Positions 1 through 12,900 of a stretch of DNA of 64,000 bases are shown here, piece by piece. The stretch is from Malacoraja senta (taxonomy: Eukaryota), in assembly GCA_038087875.1 (NCBI GenBank), contig CM075994.1:6386001-6450000 (forward strand). The letters run 5' to 3'. The notes under the pieces were generated by a model. The model saw only the letters and a program-made list of their open reading frames with translations, was not told where the DNA came from and did no database searches. How positions within the stretch are numbered: the stretch's first letter is position 1; the number at the start of each line of letters is the position of its first letter. The translations under genes were made by a program, and so were the position numbers.

Positions 1-620
1 TAGAGGTAAAAGCGACAAGTGTAGCATTTCCTGCGGTTGCAAGGGCAAGTGCCAGGAGAGAGGGTGGTTTGGGTGGGAAGGGACGAATTGACCAGGGAGT
101 TACGGAGGGAGCGGTCTCTGCGGAAAGCGAACAGGGGAGGAGATGGGAAGATGTGGCCAGTGGTGGGATCCCATTGGTAGACAAAAAATCTGGGGGAAAT
201 CAGCGGGTAAGGCAGCATCTATGGAGCAAAGGTATAGACGACGTTTCGGGTCGAGACCCTTCTTCAGATTGATGTCGGGGGGGGGGACATGAAAAGGAAA
301 GGAAGAGGCGGAGACAGTAGGCTGTGGGTGAGCTGGGAATGGGAGAGGAAGGAGGGAGAAAGCAAGGACTACCTGAAATTAGAGAAGCCAATGTTCATAC
401 CGCTGGGGTGTAAACTACCCAAGCAAATATGAGGTGCTGCTCCTCCAATATGCGGTGGGCCTCACTCTGGCCATGGAGGAGGCCCAGGATAGAAAGGTCG
501 GATTCGGAATGGGAAGGGGAGTTGAAGTGTTGAGCCACCAGGAGATCAGGTTGGTAATTGCAAACTGAGTGGAGGTGTTGTGCGAAGCGATTGCCAAGTC
601 TGCGCTTGGTCTCACCGAGG
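1..620 (-). mobile_element. Penelope-like element (PLE) fragments in tandem: GIY-YIG endonuclease C-terminus, 3' UTR/pLTR, then an RT-to-endonuclease linker fragment
   Basis: Minus-strand translation of 395-620 gives GETKRRLGNRFAQH...VAQHFNSPSHS...LEEQHLIF (PLE GIY-YIG). Bases 1-200 give DPTTGHIFPSPP..FRRDRSLRNSLV..PGTCPCNRRKCYTC (PLE Cys-rich linker). Confidence 0.85.
240..267 (-). ncRNA. Minimal type I hammerhead ribozyme core in a PLE pLTR
   Basis: Reverse complement reads CTGAAGA-A-GGGTCTCGACCC-GAAA-CGTC: CUGANGA box, stem II hairpin, GAAA box, and a GUC site with a palindromic ACGU helix III. Confidence 0.7.
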
Positions 621-667
621 TTGATCATACGCTGAATAATCCAACCACATTTTTGTTTGGAAGTGGA

Positions 668-953
668 AAGAAATTATAGAAATTGCATTCATTGCAATGT
701 GTAAAAAGAGTTGAGATAATGTATTATAATTTTACTGCATGTCATTGTGGTATATATCATGTATTGATTGGTGAATATGTTTAGTTTGTGACTTTATTTG
801 AAGCAGAAATAATATGCACTTCGTCCGAGCATATTTTCACACGCGTCATGCAAGCCGTCTTAAATGAGCACCTAAGCTGTCATTTGGCAACTTAAAAAGC
901 TGCCAAGGTTGCCCGGATGACAACAGAGAAAAAAGAATTAAGTGAGAGTCCTG
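668..953. mobile_element. Probable end of a non-autonomous DNA transposon (hAT-like)
   Basis: Ends ...aattaagtgagagtcCTG (CAGG-type terminus). The other end and a TSD were not found. Confidence 0.35.
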
Positions 954-988
954 CTTCAAGATATATAATATATATATATATATATATC

Positions 989-1781
989 TTTTTAATTTTT
1001 ATTTATTAGAAGTACATTACATTACAACCACATACATTAGTACTCGTCACATATATCTTCGTACAATTAATGTACTCCGTTTGTTTTTTACACTAGTAAA
1101 GGGAAAGGATGAAATTGAGAGAAAGAAGAAAGTGAAGGAAAAAGTGAAAGTGTAGAAAACGTGACAACAAGAAAGAACGAAGACCCTATAAGAACAAAAT
1201 TAAAAACAAAAGAAAAAGAGTTAAGAAATAGACCCTAGAAAAGAAGAAGAAAGAGAAAGAGGGAAAAGAGAAAAACAAATAGTTTTTGTAAGCATCACGC
1301 AAATGGGACATACCAACTCTCCAACTTTCATCCCCCCTTACCTGACCTCGGGTTTTTTTTTAAGGTACTTTTGCACCCTATATTTGTAATAATTCTATAA
1401 ATGCAGACCACGTCAGGTGGAAGTGATCTGATTTACTTGCCAGGAGGAGTCTTATCTCTTCTAGGTGTAATGTTTCGAACATATTTGAAATCCACATGTT
1501 TATAGTTGGTATTGGAGCCTGTTTCCAAAATTTTAGGATTAGCTTTTTTCCAGTTATTAACCCATAGTCTATTAGTTTCTTTTGGAACACATTTAGTTCT
1601 GGACCATCTTCCGTTATTCCGAAGATAATCCATTCTGCTTTGGGTATCAGTTTTATTTTAAATAATTTTGTAAAGATTTCAAAAATTTCAATCCAAAATT
1701 TTTGAATTTTTGTACAGAAAACAAATGAGTGCGCTATAGTAGCTTCTTGGGATTGACATTTATCACAAATGGATGATACAT
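989..1781 (-). mobile_element. L1-clade LINE, 3' part (ORF2 C-terminus, 3' UTR, A-rich tail), split off by the ERV insertion
   Basis: NVSSICDKCQSQEATIAHSFVFC zinc-knuckle region. The 3' UTR and AATAAA/A-tail match the copy at 61250-62062. Confidence 0.92.
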
Positions 1782-2174
1782 TGATATAAAAATTCATTCC
1801 TATAGTTATCGGGGACTGTACCTTTAAGAATCATGTATGGGCAAGTCTATTTTGGGATGACATTATGTGCTGACTATGGTTTTGTACTTTGTACTCTGTG
1901 TGACGAGATTAAGTTAGGGTCGCTGTGTGACGAGATTAAGTTAGGGTCGGTGTGTGATGAGATTAAGTTGTGTCCGATACCTGCGTGATGAGATTAAGTT
2001 GTGGTCGATACATCCTTGTTTACTCCATTGTATAAAAGAATGAGTTCTGGCGCTGCTTCGGCAGAGAGACTCGTTCAGACGCCTGAACTCTGTGCGATCC
2101 TCTCTCATGTATTAAACAGTCAGTTGGATCTAAATTTCTGTGACTGTCGTTTGTTGGGAGAAATATTTCTAACA
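1782..2174 (+). mobile_element. ERV 5' LTR (TG...CA, about 393 bp)
   Basis: Starts with TG at 1782 exactly where L1 homology stops. Contains four 27-31 bp U3 repeats (1897-2012), TATAAAA at 2031 and ATTAAA at 2111. Ends with CA at 2174, 4 nt before the PBS. Confidence 0.88.
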
Positions 2175-2178
2175 TAAT

Positions 2179-2196
2179 TGGCGCCCAACGTGGGGC
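2179..2196 (+). promoter_or_regulatory. Primer-binding site for tRNA-Lys(1,2)
   Basis: TGGCGCCCAACGTGGGGC, the canonical 18-nt Lys1,2 PBS. Confidence 0.95.
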
Positions 2197-2792
2197 CCCA
2201 ACATCTCTGTTGCCTTCTTCCAATAAACCAAGAGCGCTCACTTTAAGGATTTACGGAAGGTGGAAACAGAGTGACGGGGTCCAACCGACACGACCGAGAT
2301 AAAACTGAATGTTCCGTAGGAAGGGGCCCCCGGGTTAAGTAATTTTGACTTTGATGAGTTGTATTTTGTTACCTTCCTCGGAGACCAGAGACGACGTACA
2401 GAATTGTCGGGGACAATTGAAGAGAGTAGTTGGACTACTCCGGCGACTGGGTCGCCAAAGAAGTCTGGGACTTCAGAGTCAAGTTGGACTTGACAGGGAA
2501 AAAGTATTGTCGTAAGTCTCGAGGAGGGAATCAGAATGGGCTCGACAAACTGAAAAGGTAAACTGTTTGATTTTGACGAACCACTTTGTACTCTCGCGAA
2601 ACTGTACAGGAAAGGAAAAAAGAAAACGAAGTAAGGGTAAGAGACAATTATTGCGAATAATTGTCCCTGAGTAGTGCGACTACTCGTGTGGCGCGGCCAC
2701 GGAAGTCTGGGACTTCATAAACCCTTGTCAAGTCTGACTTGAAGAAGGGAAAAGGAAATTGTAAGTACTGACAGTGTAAACGAGAGGGGAGT

Positions 2793-4087
2793 ATGGGTTC
2801 GACAAACTCAAAAAAGTTACGAAGGCGATGAAAAATGCATGTTTATAGATAGCAAAAAAAATTGTAAATGGAGGTGGAAAAGGGACTATGGGTTTAGTGG
2901 TAAATTATTGGTAGACGATTGTTCTAAACTAATGTCCGCAATATTGAATGTTGCTGTTAAGAAACGTATAAACAAAGATAAATTAGGCTACCAACAGGCA
3001 CGAATTTGGCTCGGCGTAGCCAAAGCACGGAAGAACGGGCAGGAGGAGAAAAAGAAGAAAAAAAAGAAGAACAGACGACGGCGTACCTACAGAAAGGAGA
3101 CAACGAGGTCTTCTATCGATCGCCGCCTAAAAATACGTTGGCGCCTTTGCCGGCGAACCCCGGAACGGCGAGTGCACCCCCTCCCTATTTTCAGGAAGGT
3201 GGAGTGGCCTTGCCAACAGGAGAAAGGAGCGAAGCTGGGACCGCGACGGCCCGAGTTCACGGACCCATACCAGGTTTACAAAATCCGAGTGTCACCAGGT
3301 CAGGAACTCAATTTAAACCATTGGGGCCATTTATGGAACAAATAACAGAGGGAATGGGGGCCCTAATGAGCCCGCCTTGCCCGACCTTTAACCGAGTGGG
3401 CGAAGGGGAGGGAAGTATCCTGCCAATGATAGCCATGCCTAACCCAGGAGGAGCAGCCCAGCCGGTATATATATATCGGAAGTGGACACTCAAGGATGTT
3501 AAGAAGGCAGAAGAAGGGATCACACATCCCAAAGAGAATTTCACAAGGTGGCAACGGGATTTTGGAAACCTGGTCGTGCGTTATCGGTTAAACAGTATTG
3601 AATATGAACAAGCCTTGCGAAGTATGTTCGGTTTTGATTGGTGTTTGATAGAAGGGGATTGGAACCCCCATAACGCGGCAGGATTGCATTTCGAATGGGA
3701 ACCTAATGATAATGTTTACCAACAACGGAGAATAGCTATGGAAGGGCGTATAAGGGAGCATTACCAAAAAATGGTTGACTACAATAAAATAAGAGCATGT
3801 GTGCAGACAAAGGACGAGGACGTGCGCCACTATTTCGCCAGATTGAGACAAATATTCGAGGCAAATAGCGGGATAATGGCGCCCGTCCAGTGGGTGGATG
3901 ACGGACCATTCGCCCAACAACTAAAAATAGAATTATTAAACGGCATGCAGCCAGAAATCAGCTCGAACATTAAGTAGCACATGGTGGGTTACAGAACCGG
4001 AGGGTTAAGGCAATTTAAGGACTGGGCAGTACATGCGGAAGAAAAAGCTAAAAGCAGAAAAACCACAACCAAACACGTTTATCTGGC
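2793..4087 (+). pseudogene. gag: Retroviral gag (class I, gamma/epsilon-like), disrupted and truncated before NC
   Basis: ATG 2793 gives MGSTNSK (myristoylation motif), which joins the 2839 frame if one A is removed from the run at 2810-2815. MA-like WKRDYGFSGKL follows, then a second shift in the A-rich tract at about 3030-3070. Also present: late domain SAPPPY, CA start PVYIYRKWT, MHR-like QTKDEDVRHYFARL, and a premature TAG at 3975 followed in frame by MVGYRTGGLRQFKDWAVHAE. Confidence 0.9.
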
Positions 4088-4090
4088 TGA

Positions 4091-4245
4091 AGTAATAGAG
4101 GGGAAGACGGACTATGGAGGAATGATGAGGGAAAACTAATCTTACCAATATCACTATTTAAATATGCATGTTTAATGAGCCATGGGGTAACCCATGTCTC
4201 AACAGGAGGATTGATACAAATAGTGGACAAAATATTCAAAACATA

Positions 4246-4246
<1 letters not shown>
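4091..4246 (+). pseudogene. pol: pol remnant: RNase H-integrase linker and first half of the integrase HHCC zinc finger
   Basis: Frame 2 reads GEDGLWRNDEGKLILPISLFKYACLMSHGVTHVSTGGLIQIVDKIFKTY. PR, RT, RNase H and the IN core are absent. Confidence 0.82.
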
Positions 4247-4983
<737 letters not shown>

Positions 4984-5643
4984 TCAAAGCGCAACAGATA
5001 TCATCCAACAACCCCATCATTCCAAGGCAGTGTGAACTCTACAACTTAGACTTTTCACAGGAATATTTTTGGAAGAATAAAACAAAATCAAAACAGGCCT
5101 TTACAGCTACATCCTTGCAAAATAAAAGTGCAATGTCGGCATCTTGCAAATACTACATGTGATTTCGTATAGCTTCATTGCACACTACATTGTCATTCAT
5201 GTCTTAAATTTAGACTGCACAGGTGTGATATTGAAGCCTAATTTGTGTATATTTCATTGTTTTAGGATTTGTGAAACAATGTCACCAAGTAGATTTGATG
5301 AGCTTGTTTTACAATGGGGGTAAAATGATTTGGAGGAACCCAGCTATAACCCTTGTGCAAATTAAGATAGTACTTGAAGTTTTCTTGAAATGGGATTTTT
5401 ATGTTGGTTTAAGATGAAGAGTAGTACAATTTGAATACTGAAGGTGCATTTATGACTGTGGTTAGAGCAGAGAGCTAGGGTAGTTCAGAAAAAAGCTGCT
5501 AATAAAATACTGGAATGCTTAACTAAGGGTCAGTTTTTCACTATTGGGCTTACCATATGATGAAACAACATTAGAAAGAGCATTTGAGTTAAGAAATTGC
5601 ACTTGTTCTGGTTGTACAATTGGTTTTAGTTGAAGTGCAAATA
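4984..5643 (+). other. Probable KIF5B 3' UTR carried with the retrocopy
   Basis: AT-rich non-coding sequence directly after the native stop, with several AATAAA (e.g. 5501). No LTR, PPT or poly(A) before L1 homology resumes. UTR identity is inferred. Confidence 0.65.
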
Positions 5644-7345
5644 ATACATTGGGGAACATTTTATGAATTTTTGTTTTGGAATAATATAATCTATGTAAGA
5701 TTTTAAATTGCATTAAAATGTGTCTTGCATTAATCGAACATTTATGCATGTTTAATAAGTGTTCATTCCACCTTTCCTTTGAGATTTTAATAGCTAATTC
5801 TTGTTCCCAGTCTCTTCTGATACCCTCCGTAGATGGTATTTCTACATTTAAGATAATATTATACAAATATGATATTAAATTTGCTGATTCAGCTTTTATC
5901 TGCATTCCATCTTCCAATACATCTGCTGTGCTATTATAATGATCTTTTATATATATTTTCAAATAGTCGCATATTTGAAAATATTTAAAATATTGATTAT
6001 TTTCGAGTTTATATTTTATTTGTAATTGTTGAAATGAAAGTAATTTTCCAGTTTCATACAAGTCACCGAACGTTTTAATTCCTAGTCTATCCCAGTGTGT
6101 GAAAGATTTATCTATAATAGAGGGATTAAACAAGGGTTATTAACTATGGGAGATAAACGTGATAGATTTCTTAATTTTAAATTTTGTTTTATTTGTTTCC
6201 AAATTCGGATTGTGCTCTGTATAATTGGGTTTTTATTATAATTTATGTTATTCAGTTTCATTGGTGAGAGGAGGATCGCTCCAATGTTTCCAGAGGAGCA
6301 ATCCTCTCTCTCCATTACAATCCAGTCCACTTGCTGGGCAGAGTTATCCATCAGTTGAATCATATTTTTAATATTTACTGACCAATAATAATACATGAAA
6401 TTAGGTAGTGCTAAACCCCCTAATACTTTAGGTTTATTCAAGTGAGTTTTTTGTATTCTATGTGATTTATAGTCCCATATAAAATTAGTGATATCTGAGT
6501 CCAGTTTAAAAAAAAACTTCTTTGGTAAGTATATAGGAATCGATTGGAATAGGTATAAAATTTGTGGTAGAAAGATCATTTTTATTGCATTTATTCGGCC
6601 TATTAAAGACATCGGGAGCGTTTTCCAAAATTTAATTTGTGTGTTTAATTTATTAAGTAGGGGATCAAAATTTGCTTTAAACATACCTTGATATGTTCTA
6701 GTAATTTCGATTCCCAAGTATTTGAATTTTTCTGTAGCTATTTTAAAAAGGAATTTTAAAAGATGTGTTGAATCTTTCGGTTTTATTGACATAATTTCAC
6801 TTTTATTCCAATTTATTCTGTATCCAGAAAAAGATCCAAAGTCTTCAATTAAATTTAATATATTTGGTATAGTAATTTGAGGTTTTGTAATGTACAGTAA
6901 TATATCATCCGCGTATAAAGTTTTGTATTATTTGAATCTTTAGTATTATACCCATGGATATCAGGGTGTATTCTAATTTTTACTGCTAACGGTTCAATAA
7001 TAAGAGCAAACAACTGTGGTGATAATGAGCATCCTTGTCTATTTCCCCTTGATAGTTGAAATTTCGAGGATAATATGTTATTAGTTAGTATTCTAGCTGT
7101 AGGTATAATAAATAATAGTTTAATCCATAGAATAAAATTCTCTCCCAGTTGGAATTTTTGTAATACTTTATCCATATAATTCCATTCTACTTGGTCAAAT
7201 GCTTTTTCAGCATCCAGCGAAATAATTGATAATTCTTGTTCTTCAGATTTGTATGAGTGCATTATGTTGAGTAAACGTCTCATATTGTTAGATGAGTATC
7301 TCTTAGGGATAAACCCCGTCTGATCTGGGTTGTATAATATTTTTG
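5644..7345 (-). mobile_element. L1-clade LINE, 5'-truncated, RT to C-terminal part of ORF2 (frameshifted); continuous with 989-1781
   Basis: DQTGFIPKR, LDAEKAFDQVEW, RQGCSLSP, KYLGI. Joining 5644 to 1781 restores HKMFPNVSSICDKC. Confidence 0.93.
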
Positions 7346-7371
7346 ACACTATCATAGGCCTTTCTTACATA

Positions 7372-9199
7372 TGCAAACGTTTTTATAGATATGTGAAGAG
7401 AAAAAGATTAGTTGAAACAAATGTAGGTCCCTTGCAGTCAGAAACAGGTGAATTGATCATGGGGAACAAGGACATGGCAGACCAATTGAATAACTACTTT
7501 GGTTCTTTCTTCACTAAGGAAGACATAAATAATCTGCCGGAAATAGCAGGGGACCGGGGGTCAAATGAGATGGAACTGAGTGAAATCCAGGTTAGCCGGG
7601 AAGTGGTGTTAGGTAAATTGAATGGATTAAAGGCCGATAAATCCCCAGGGCCAGAAAGGCTGCATCCCAGAGTACTTAAGGAAGTATCCCCAGAAATAGT
7701 GGATGCATTAGTGATAGTTTTTCAAAACACTTTAGATTCTGTAGTTCCTGAGGATTAAGGGTAGCTAATGTAACCCCACTTTTTAAAAAGGGAGGGGGAG
7801 AGAAAACGGGGAATTACAGACCAGTTAGTCTAACATCGGTAGTGGGGAAACTGTTAGTCAGTTATTAAAGATGGAATAGCTGCACATTTGGGAAGTGGTG
7901 AAATCATTGGACAAAGTCAGCATGAATTTATGAAAGGTAAATCATGTCTGACGAATCTTATAGAATTTTTCGAGGATGTAAGTAGTAGAGTGGATAAGCG
8001 AGAACCAGTGGATGTGTTACATTTGGACTTTCAGAAGGCTTTCGACAAGGTCCCACATAAGAGATTAGTATGCAAACTTAAAGCACACGGTATTGGGGGT
8101 TCAGTATTGATGTGGGCAGACAGGAAGCAAAGAGTAGGAGTAAACGGGTCCTTTTCAGAATGGCAGGCAATGACTAGTGGGGTACCGCAAGGCTCGGTGC
8201 TGGGACCCCAGCTATTTACAATATATATTAATGATTTGGGCGAGGGAATTGAATGCAACATCTCCAAGTTTGCGGATGACACGAAGCTGGGGGGCAGCGT
8301 TAGCTGTGAGGAGGATGCTAGGAGGCTGCAAGGTGACTTGGATAGGTTGGGTGAGTGGGAAAATGCATGGCAGATGCAGTATAATGTGGATAAATGTGAG
8401 GTTATCCACTTTGGTGGCAAAAACATGAAAGTAGACTATTATCTGAATGGTGGCCGATTAGGAAAAGGGGAGATTCAACGAGACCTGGGTGTCATGGTAC
8501 ACCAATCCTTGAAAGTAGCTATGCAGGTGCAGCAGGCAGTGAAGAAAGCGAATGGTATGTTAGCATTCATAGCAAAAGGATTTGAGTATAGGAGCAGGGA
8601 GGTTCTACTGTAGTTGTACAGGGTCTTGGTGAGACCACACCTGGAGTATTGCGTACAGATTTGGTCTCCTAATCTGAGGAAAGACATTCTTCCCATAGAG
8701 GGAGTACAGAGAAGGTTCACCAGACTGATTCCTGGGATGTCAGAACTTTCATATGAAGAAAGACTGGATAGACTCAGGTTGTACTCGCTAGAATTTAGAA
8801 GATTGAGGGGGGATCTTATAGAAACTTACAAAATTCTTAAGGGGTTGGACAGGCTAGATGCAGGAGGCTTGTTCCCAATGTTGGGGAAGTCCAGAACAAG
8901 GGGTCACAGTTTAAGGATAAGGAGGAAGTCTTTTAGGACCGAGATGAGGAAATCATTTTTTACACAGAGAGTGGTGAATTTGTGGAATTCTCTGCCACAG
9001 AAGGTAGTTGAGGCCAGTTCATTGGCTATATGTAAGAGGGAGTTAGATGTGGCCCTTGTGGCTAAAGGGATCAGGGGGTATGGAGAGAAGGCAGGTACGG
9101 GATACTGAGTTGGATGATCAGCCATGATCACATTGAATGGCGGTGTAGGCTCGAAGGGCCGAATGGCCTACTCCTGCACCTATTTTCTATGTTTCTATG
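7372..9199 (+). mobile_element. CR1 LINE, 5'-truncated, disrupted ORF2 RT
   Basis: KSPGP, LDFQKAFDKVPH, GVPQGSVLGP, KFADDTKLG. 3' tail ctcctgcacctattttctatgtttctatg. Confidence 0.95.
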
Positions 9200-9465
9200 C
9201 TGTCACAACGCACCGTAGTCTCTAAACAACCCTTCAGTAATTTTCAGATTAATTGTGTTTTAAGCCAATAACTCGATACTAGCACTGACAATAAATAAAT
9301 AAAAAGTGCAGCTTTCCAGCCCCTTATCTCATTGGCCACGCTCGGCTGCAAATCGGTGTGAATCTGGTGGACCATCTTCATTTAGTCGTGGGGGTGGGGG
9401 ATTGGGAGGGGCCTCACAAGTGGAACAGCTTAGGGCCTCTCTTCATCTAAATCCGGCCCTGCTCG

Positions 9466-9575
9466 CAGGTCACGGGGAGAAGGTACAAACTTAGTGCAGA
9501 CAGCACCGTGCAGATCGAACCCGGGTCTCTGACGTGTGTGTAAGGCAGCAACTCTACCGCTGCGTCACCGTGCCT
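9466..9575 (-). mobile_element. HE1/V-type SINE, 5' tRNA-derived part
   Basis: Reverse complement shows A-box (GGTGACGCAGCGG) and B-box (GGTTCGATC) followed by the conserved central domain. Confidence 0.75.
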
Positions 9576-9917
9576 TCCATTACCAATATTGAATGTATAG
9601 GGAGGTTGCACGGCAGTCGAGGTCATGACCCGTGACCCGTACTGTTGCCATGCAACGCCTTCTGGAGGTGAACGCCAGGTAAGCACTTACTATGGCTGCC
9701 AGTAGAGCGGGCCCATCTTCTGTCCCAGCATCCGGACTCCACGCTGACTGGTTCCATACTCGCGGACCCCGGGCCATCTGTCCCGGTGAATCACCCCGTG
9801 TGTGAGTCGGGGACCAGTGGGGGGTGAATCACCCCGTGTGTGGGTCGGGGTCTGGTGCCGATGCAGCGCGGTCAGTGACTCTGGGTGGGCGGAGGGACCA
9901 GACACGGGCCAGTCAGA

Positions 9918-12900
9918 GTAGAAAGATATTGCAGATGAATACGTGGCTTGAAAAATGGTGCAAGGGGGAGGGATTCAAATTTTAGGGCATTGGAACCAGT
10001 TCTGGGGGAGGTGGGACCAGTACAAACAGGACGGTCTGCACCTGAGCTGGAATGGAACCAATGTCCTTGGGGGAGTGTTTGTTAGTGCTGTCGGGGAGGA
10101 TTTAAACTAATGTGGCAGGGGGATGGGTGCAAGAGCAGAGAGGCAGGGGGGTGTAAAATGAGGGTAGAAGCAATAGGTAGCAAGGTGAAAAGTAAAAGTA
10201 GCAGGCAGACAAAACCAGGGCAAAAATCAAAAAGGGCCACTTTTCAACATAATTGTATAAGGGGTAAGAGTGTTGTAAAGACAAGCCTGAAGGCTTTGTA
10301 TCTTAATGCAAGGAGCATTCGTAATAAGGTGGATGAGTTGAATGTGCAGATAGTTATTAATGAATATGATATAGTTGGGATCACGGAGACATGGCTCCAG
10401 GTTGACCAAGGCTGGGAGCTGAACATTCAGGGATATTCAATATTCAGGAGGGATAGACAGAAAGGAAAAGGAGCCGGGGTAGCGTTGCTGGTTAGAGAGG
10501 AGATTAACGGAATAGAAAGGAAGGACATTAGCTTGGAGGATGTGGAATCGATATGGGTAGAGCTGCGAAACACTAAGGGGCAGAAAACGCTAGTGGTGTA
10601 CCGGCCACCTAACAGTAGTAGTGGAGTTGGGGATGGCATCAAACAGGAAATTGGAAACGCGTGCAACAAAGGTAAAACCATTATAATGGGTGACTTCAAT
10701 CTACATATAGATTGGGTGAATCAAATTGGCAGGGGTGCTGAGGAAGAGGATTTCTTGGAATGTATGCGGGATAGTTTTCTAAACCAACATGTAGAAGAAC
10801 CAACGAGAGAGCAGGCTATTCTAGACTGGGTATTGAGTAATGAGGAAGGGTTAGTTAGCAGTCTTGTTGTGCGTGGCCCCTTGGGCAAGAGTGACCATAA
10901 TATGGTTGAGTTCTCCATTAGGATGGAGAGTGACATTGTTAATTCAGAAACAAAGGTCCTGAACATAAAGAAAGGTGACTTTGAGGGTATGAGACGTGAA
11001 TTGGCCAAGATAGACTGGCCAATGATTCTTAAAGGGTTGACGGTGGATATGCAATGGAAGGCATTTAAAAACTGCATGGATGAACTACAACAAGAGTTCA
11101 TCCCAGTTTGGCAAAAGAATAAATCATGGAAGGTAGTGCATCCGTGGATAACAAGGGAAATGAGGGATAGTATCAAAACAAAAGAGGAAGCCTACAAATT
11201 AGCCAGAACAAGCAGCCTACCAGAGGACTGGGAGAAATTCAGAGTCCAGCAGAGGAGGACAAAGGGCTTAATTAGGAAACGGAAAATAGATTATGAAAGA
11301 AAACTGACTGCAAAAGTTTTTATTAATATGTCAAGAGGAAAAGATTAGTTAAAACAAATGTAGGTCCCTTGCAGTCAGAAACAGGCAAATTGATCATGGG
11401 GAACAGGGACATGGCAGACCAATTGAATAATTACTTTGGTTCTGTCTTCACTAAGGAAGACATAAATAATCTGCCGGAAATAGCAAGGGACCAGGGGTTA
11501 AATGAGATGGAGGAACTGAGTGAAATCCAGGTTAGCCGGGAAGTGGTGTTAGGTAAATTGAATGGATTAAAGGCCGATAAATCCCCAGGGCCGGATAAGT
11601 TGCATCCCAGAGTACTTAAGGAAGTAGCCGCAGAAATAGTGGATGCATTAGTGATAATTTTTCAAAACTCTTTAGATTCTGGAGTAGTTCCTGAGGATTG
11701 GAGGGTAGTTAATGTAAACCCACTTTTTTAAAAGGGAGGGAGAGAGAAAACGGGGAATTACAGACCAGTTAGTCTAACATCGGTGGTGGGGAAAATTCTG
11801 GAGTCAGTTATTAAAGATGGGATAGCAGAACATTTGGAAAGTGGTGAGTTCATTGGACAAAGTCAGCATGGATTTATGAAAGGTAAATCATGTCTGACGA
11901 ATCTTATAGACTTTTTCGAGGATGTAACTAGTAGAGTGGATAAGGGAGAACCAGTGGATGTGTTATATCTGGACTTTCAGAAGGCTTTCGACTAGGTCCC
12001 ACATAAGAGATTAGCATACAAACTTAAAGCACATGGTATTGGGGGTTCAGTATTGATGTGGATAGAGAACTGGCTGGCAGACAGGAAGCAAAGAGTAGGA
12101 GTAAATGGGTCCTTTTCAGAATGGCAGGCAGTAACTAGTGGGGTACCGCAAGGCTCAGTGCTGGGACCCCAGCTATTTACAATATATATTAATGATATGG
12201 ATGAGGGAATTGAATGCAACATCTCCAAGTTTGCGGATGGCACGAAGCTGGGGGACAGTGTTAGCTGTGAGGAGGATGCTAGGAGGCTGCAAGGTGACTT
12301 GGATAGGTTGGGTGAGTGGGCAAAGGCATGGCAGATGCAGTATAATGTGGATAAATGTGAGGTTATCCACTTTGGTGGCAAAAACAGGAAAGTAGACTAT
12401 TATCTGAATGGTGGCCGATTAGGAAAAGGGGAGATGCAACGAGACCTAGGTGTCATGGTACACCAGTCATTGAAAGTAGGAATGCAGGTGCAGCAGGCAG
12501 TGAAGAAAGCAAATGGTATGTTAGCATTCATAGCAAAAGGATTTGAGTATAAGAGCAGGGAGGTTCTACTGCAGTTTTACAGGGTCTTGGTGAGACCACA
12601 CCTGGAGTATTGCATACAGTTTTGGTCTCCTAATCTGAGGAAAGACATTCTTGCCATAGAGGGAGTACAGAGAAGGTTCACCAGACTGATTCCTGGGATG
12701 GCAGGACTTTCATATGAGGAAAGACTGGATAGACTCGGCTTGTACACGTTGGAATTCAGTAGACTGAGGGGGGATCTTATAGAAACTTACAAAATTCTTA
12801 ATGGGTTGGACAGGCTAGAGGCAGGAAGGTTATTCCCGATGTTGGGGAAGTCCAGAACTAGGGGTCACAGTTTAAGGATAAGACGGAAGACTTTTAGGAC

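Noticed and set aside
9580-9905. GC-rich segment with a short ~37-bp duplication before the CR1
   Set aside because: No recognisable protein or terminal structure; left unassigned.
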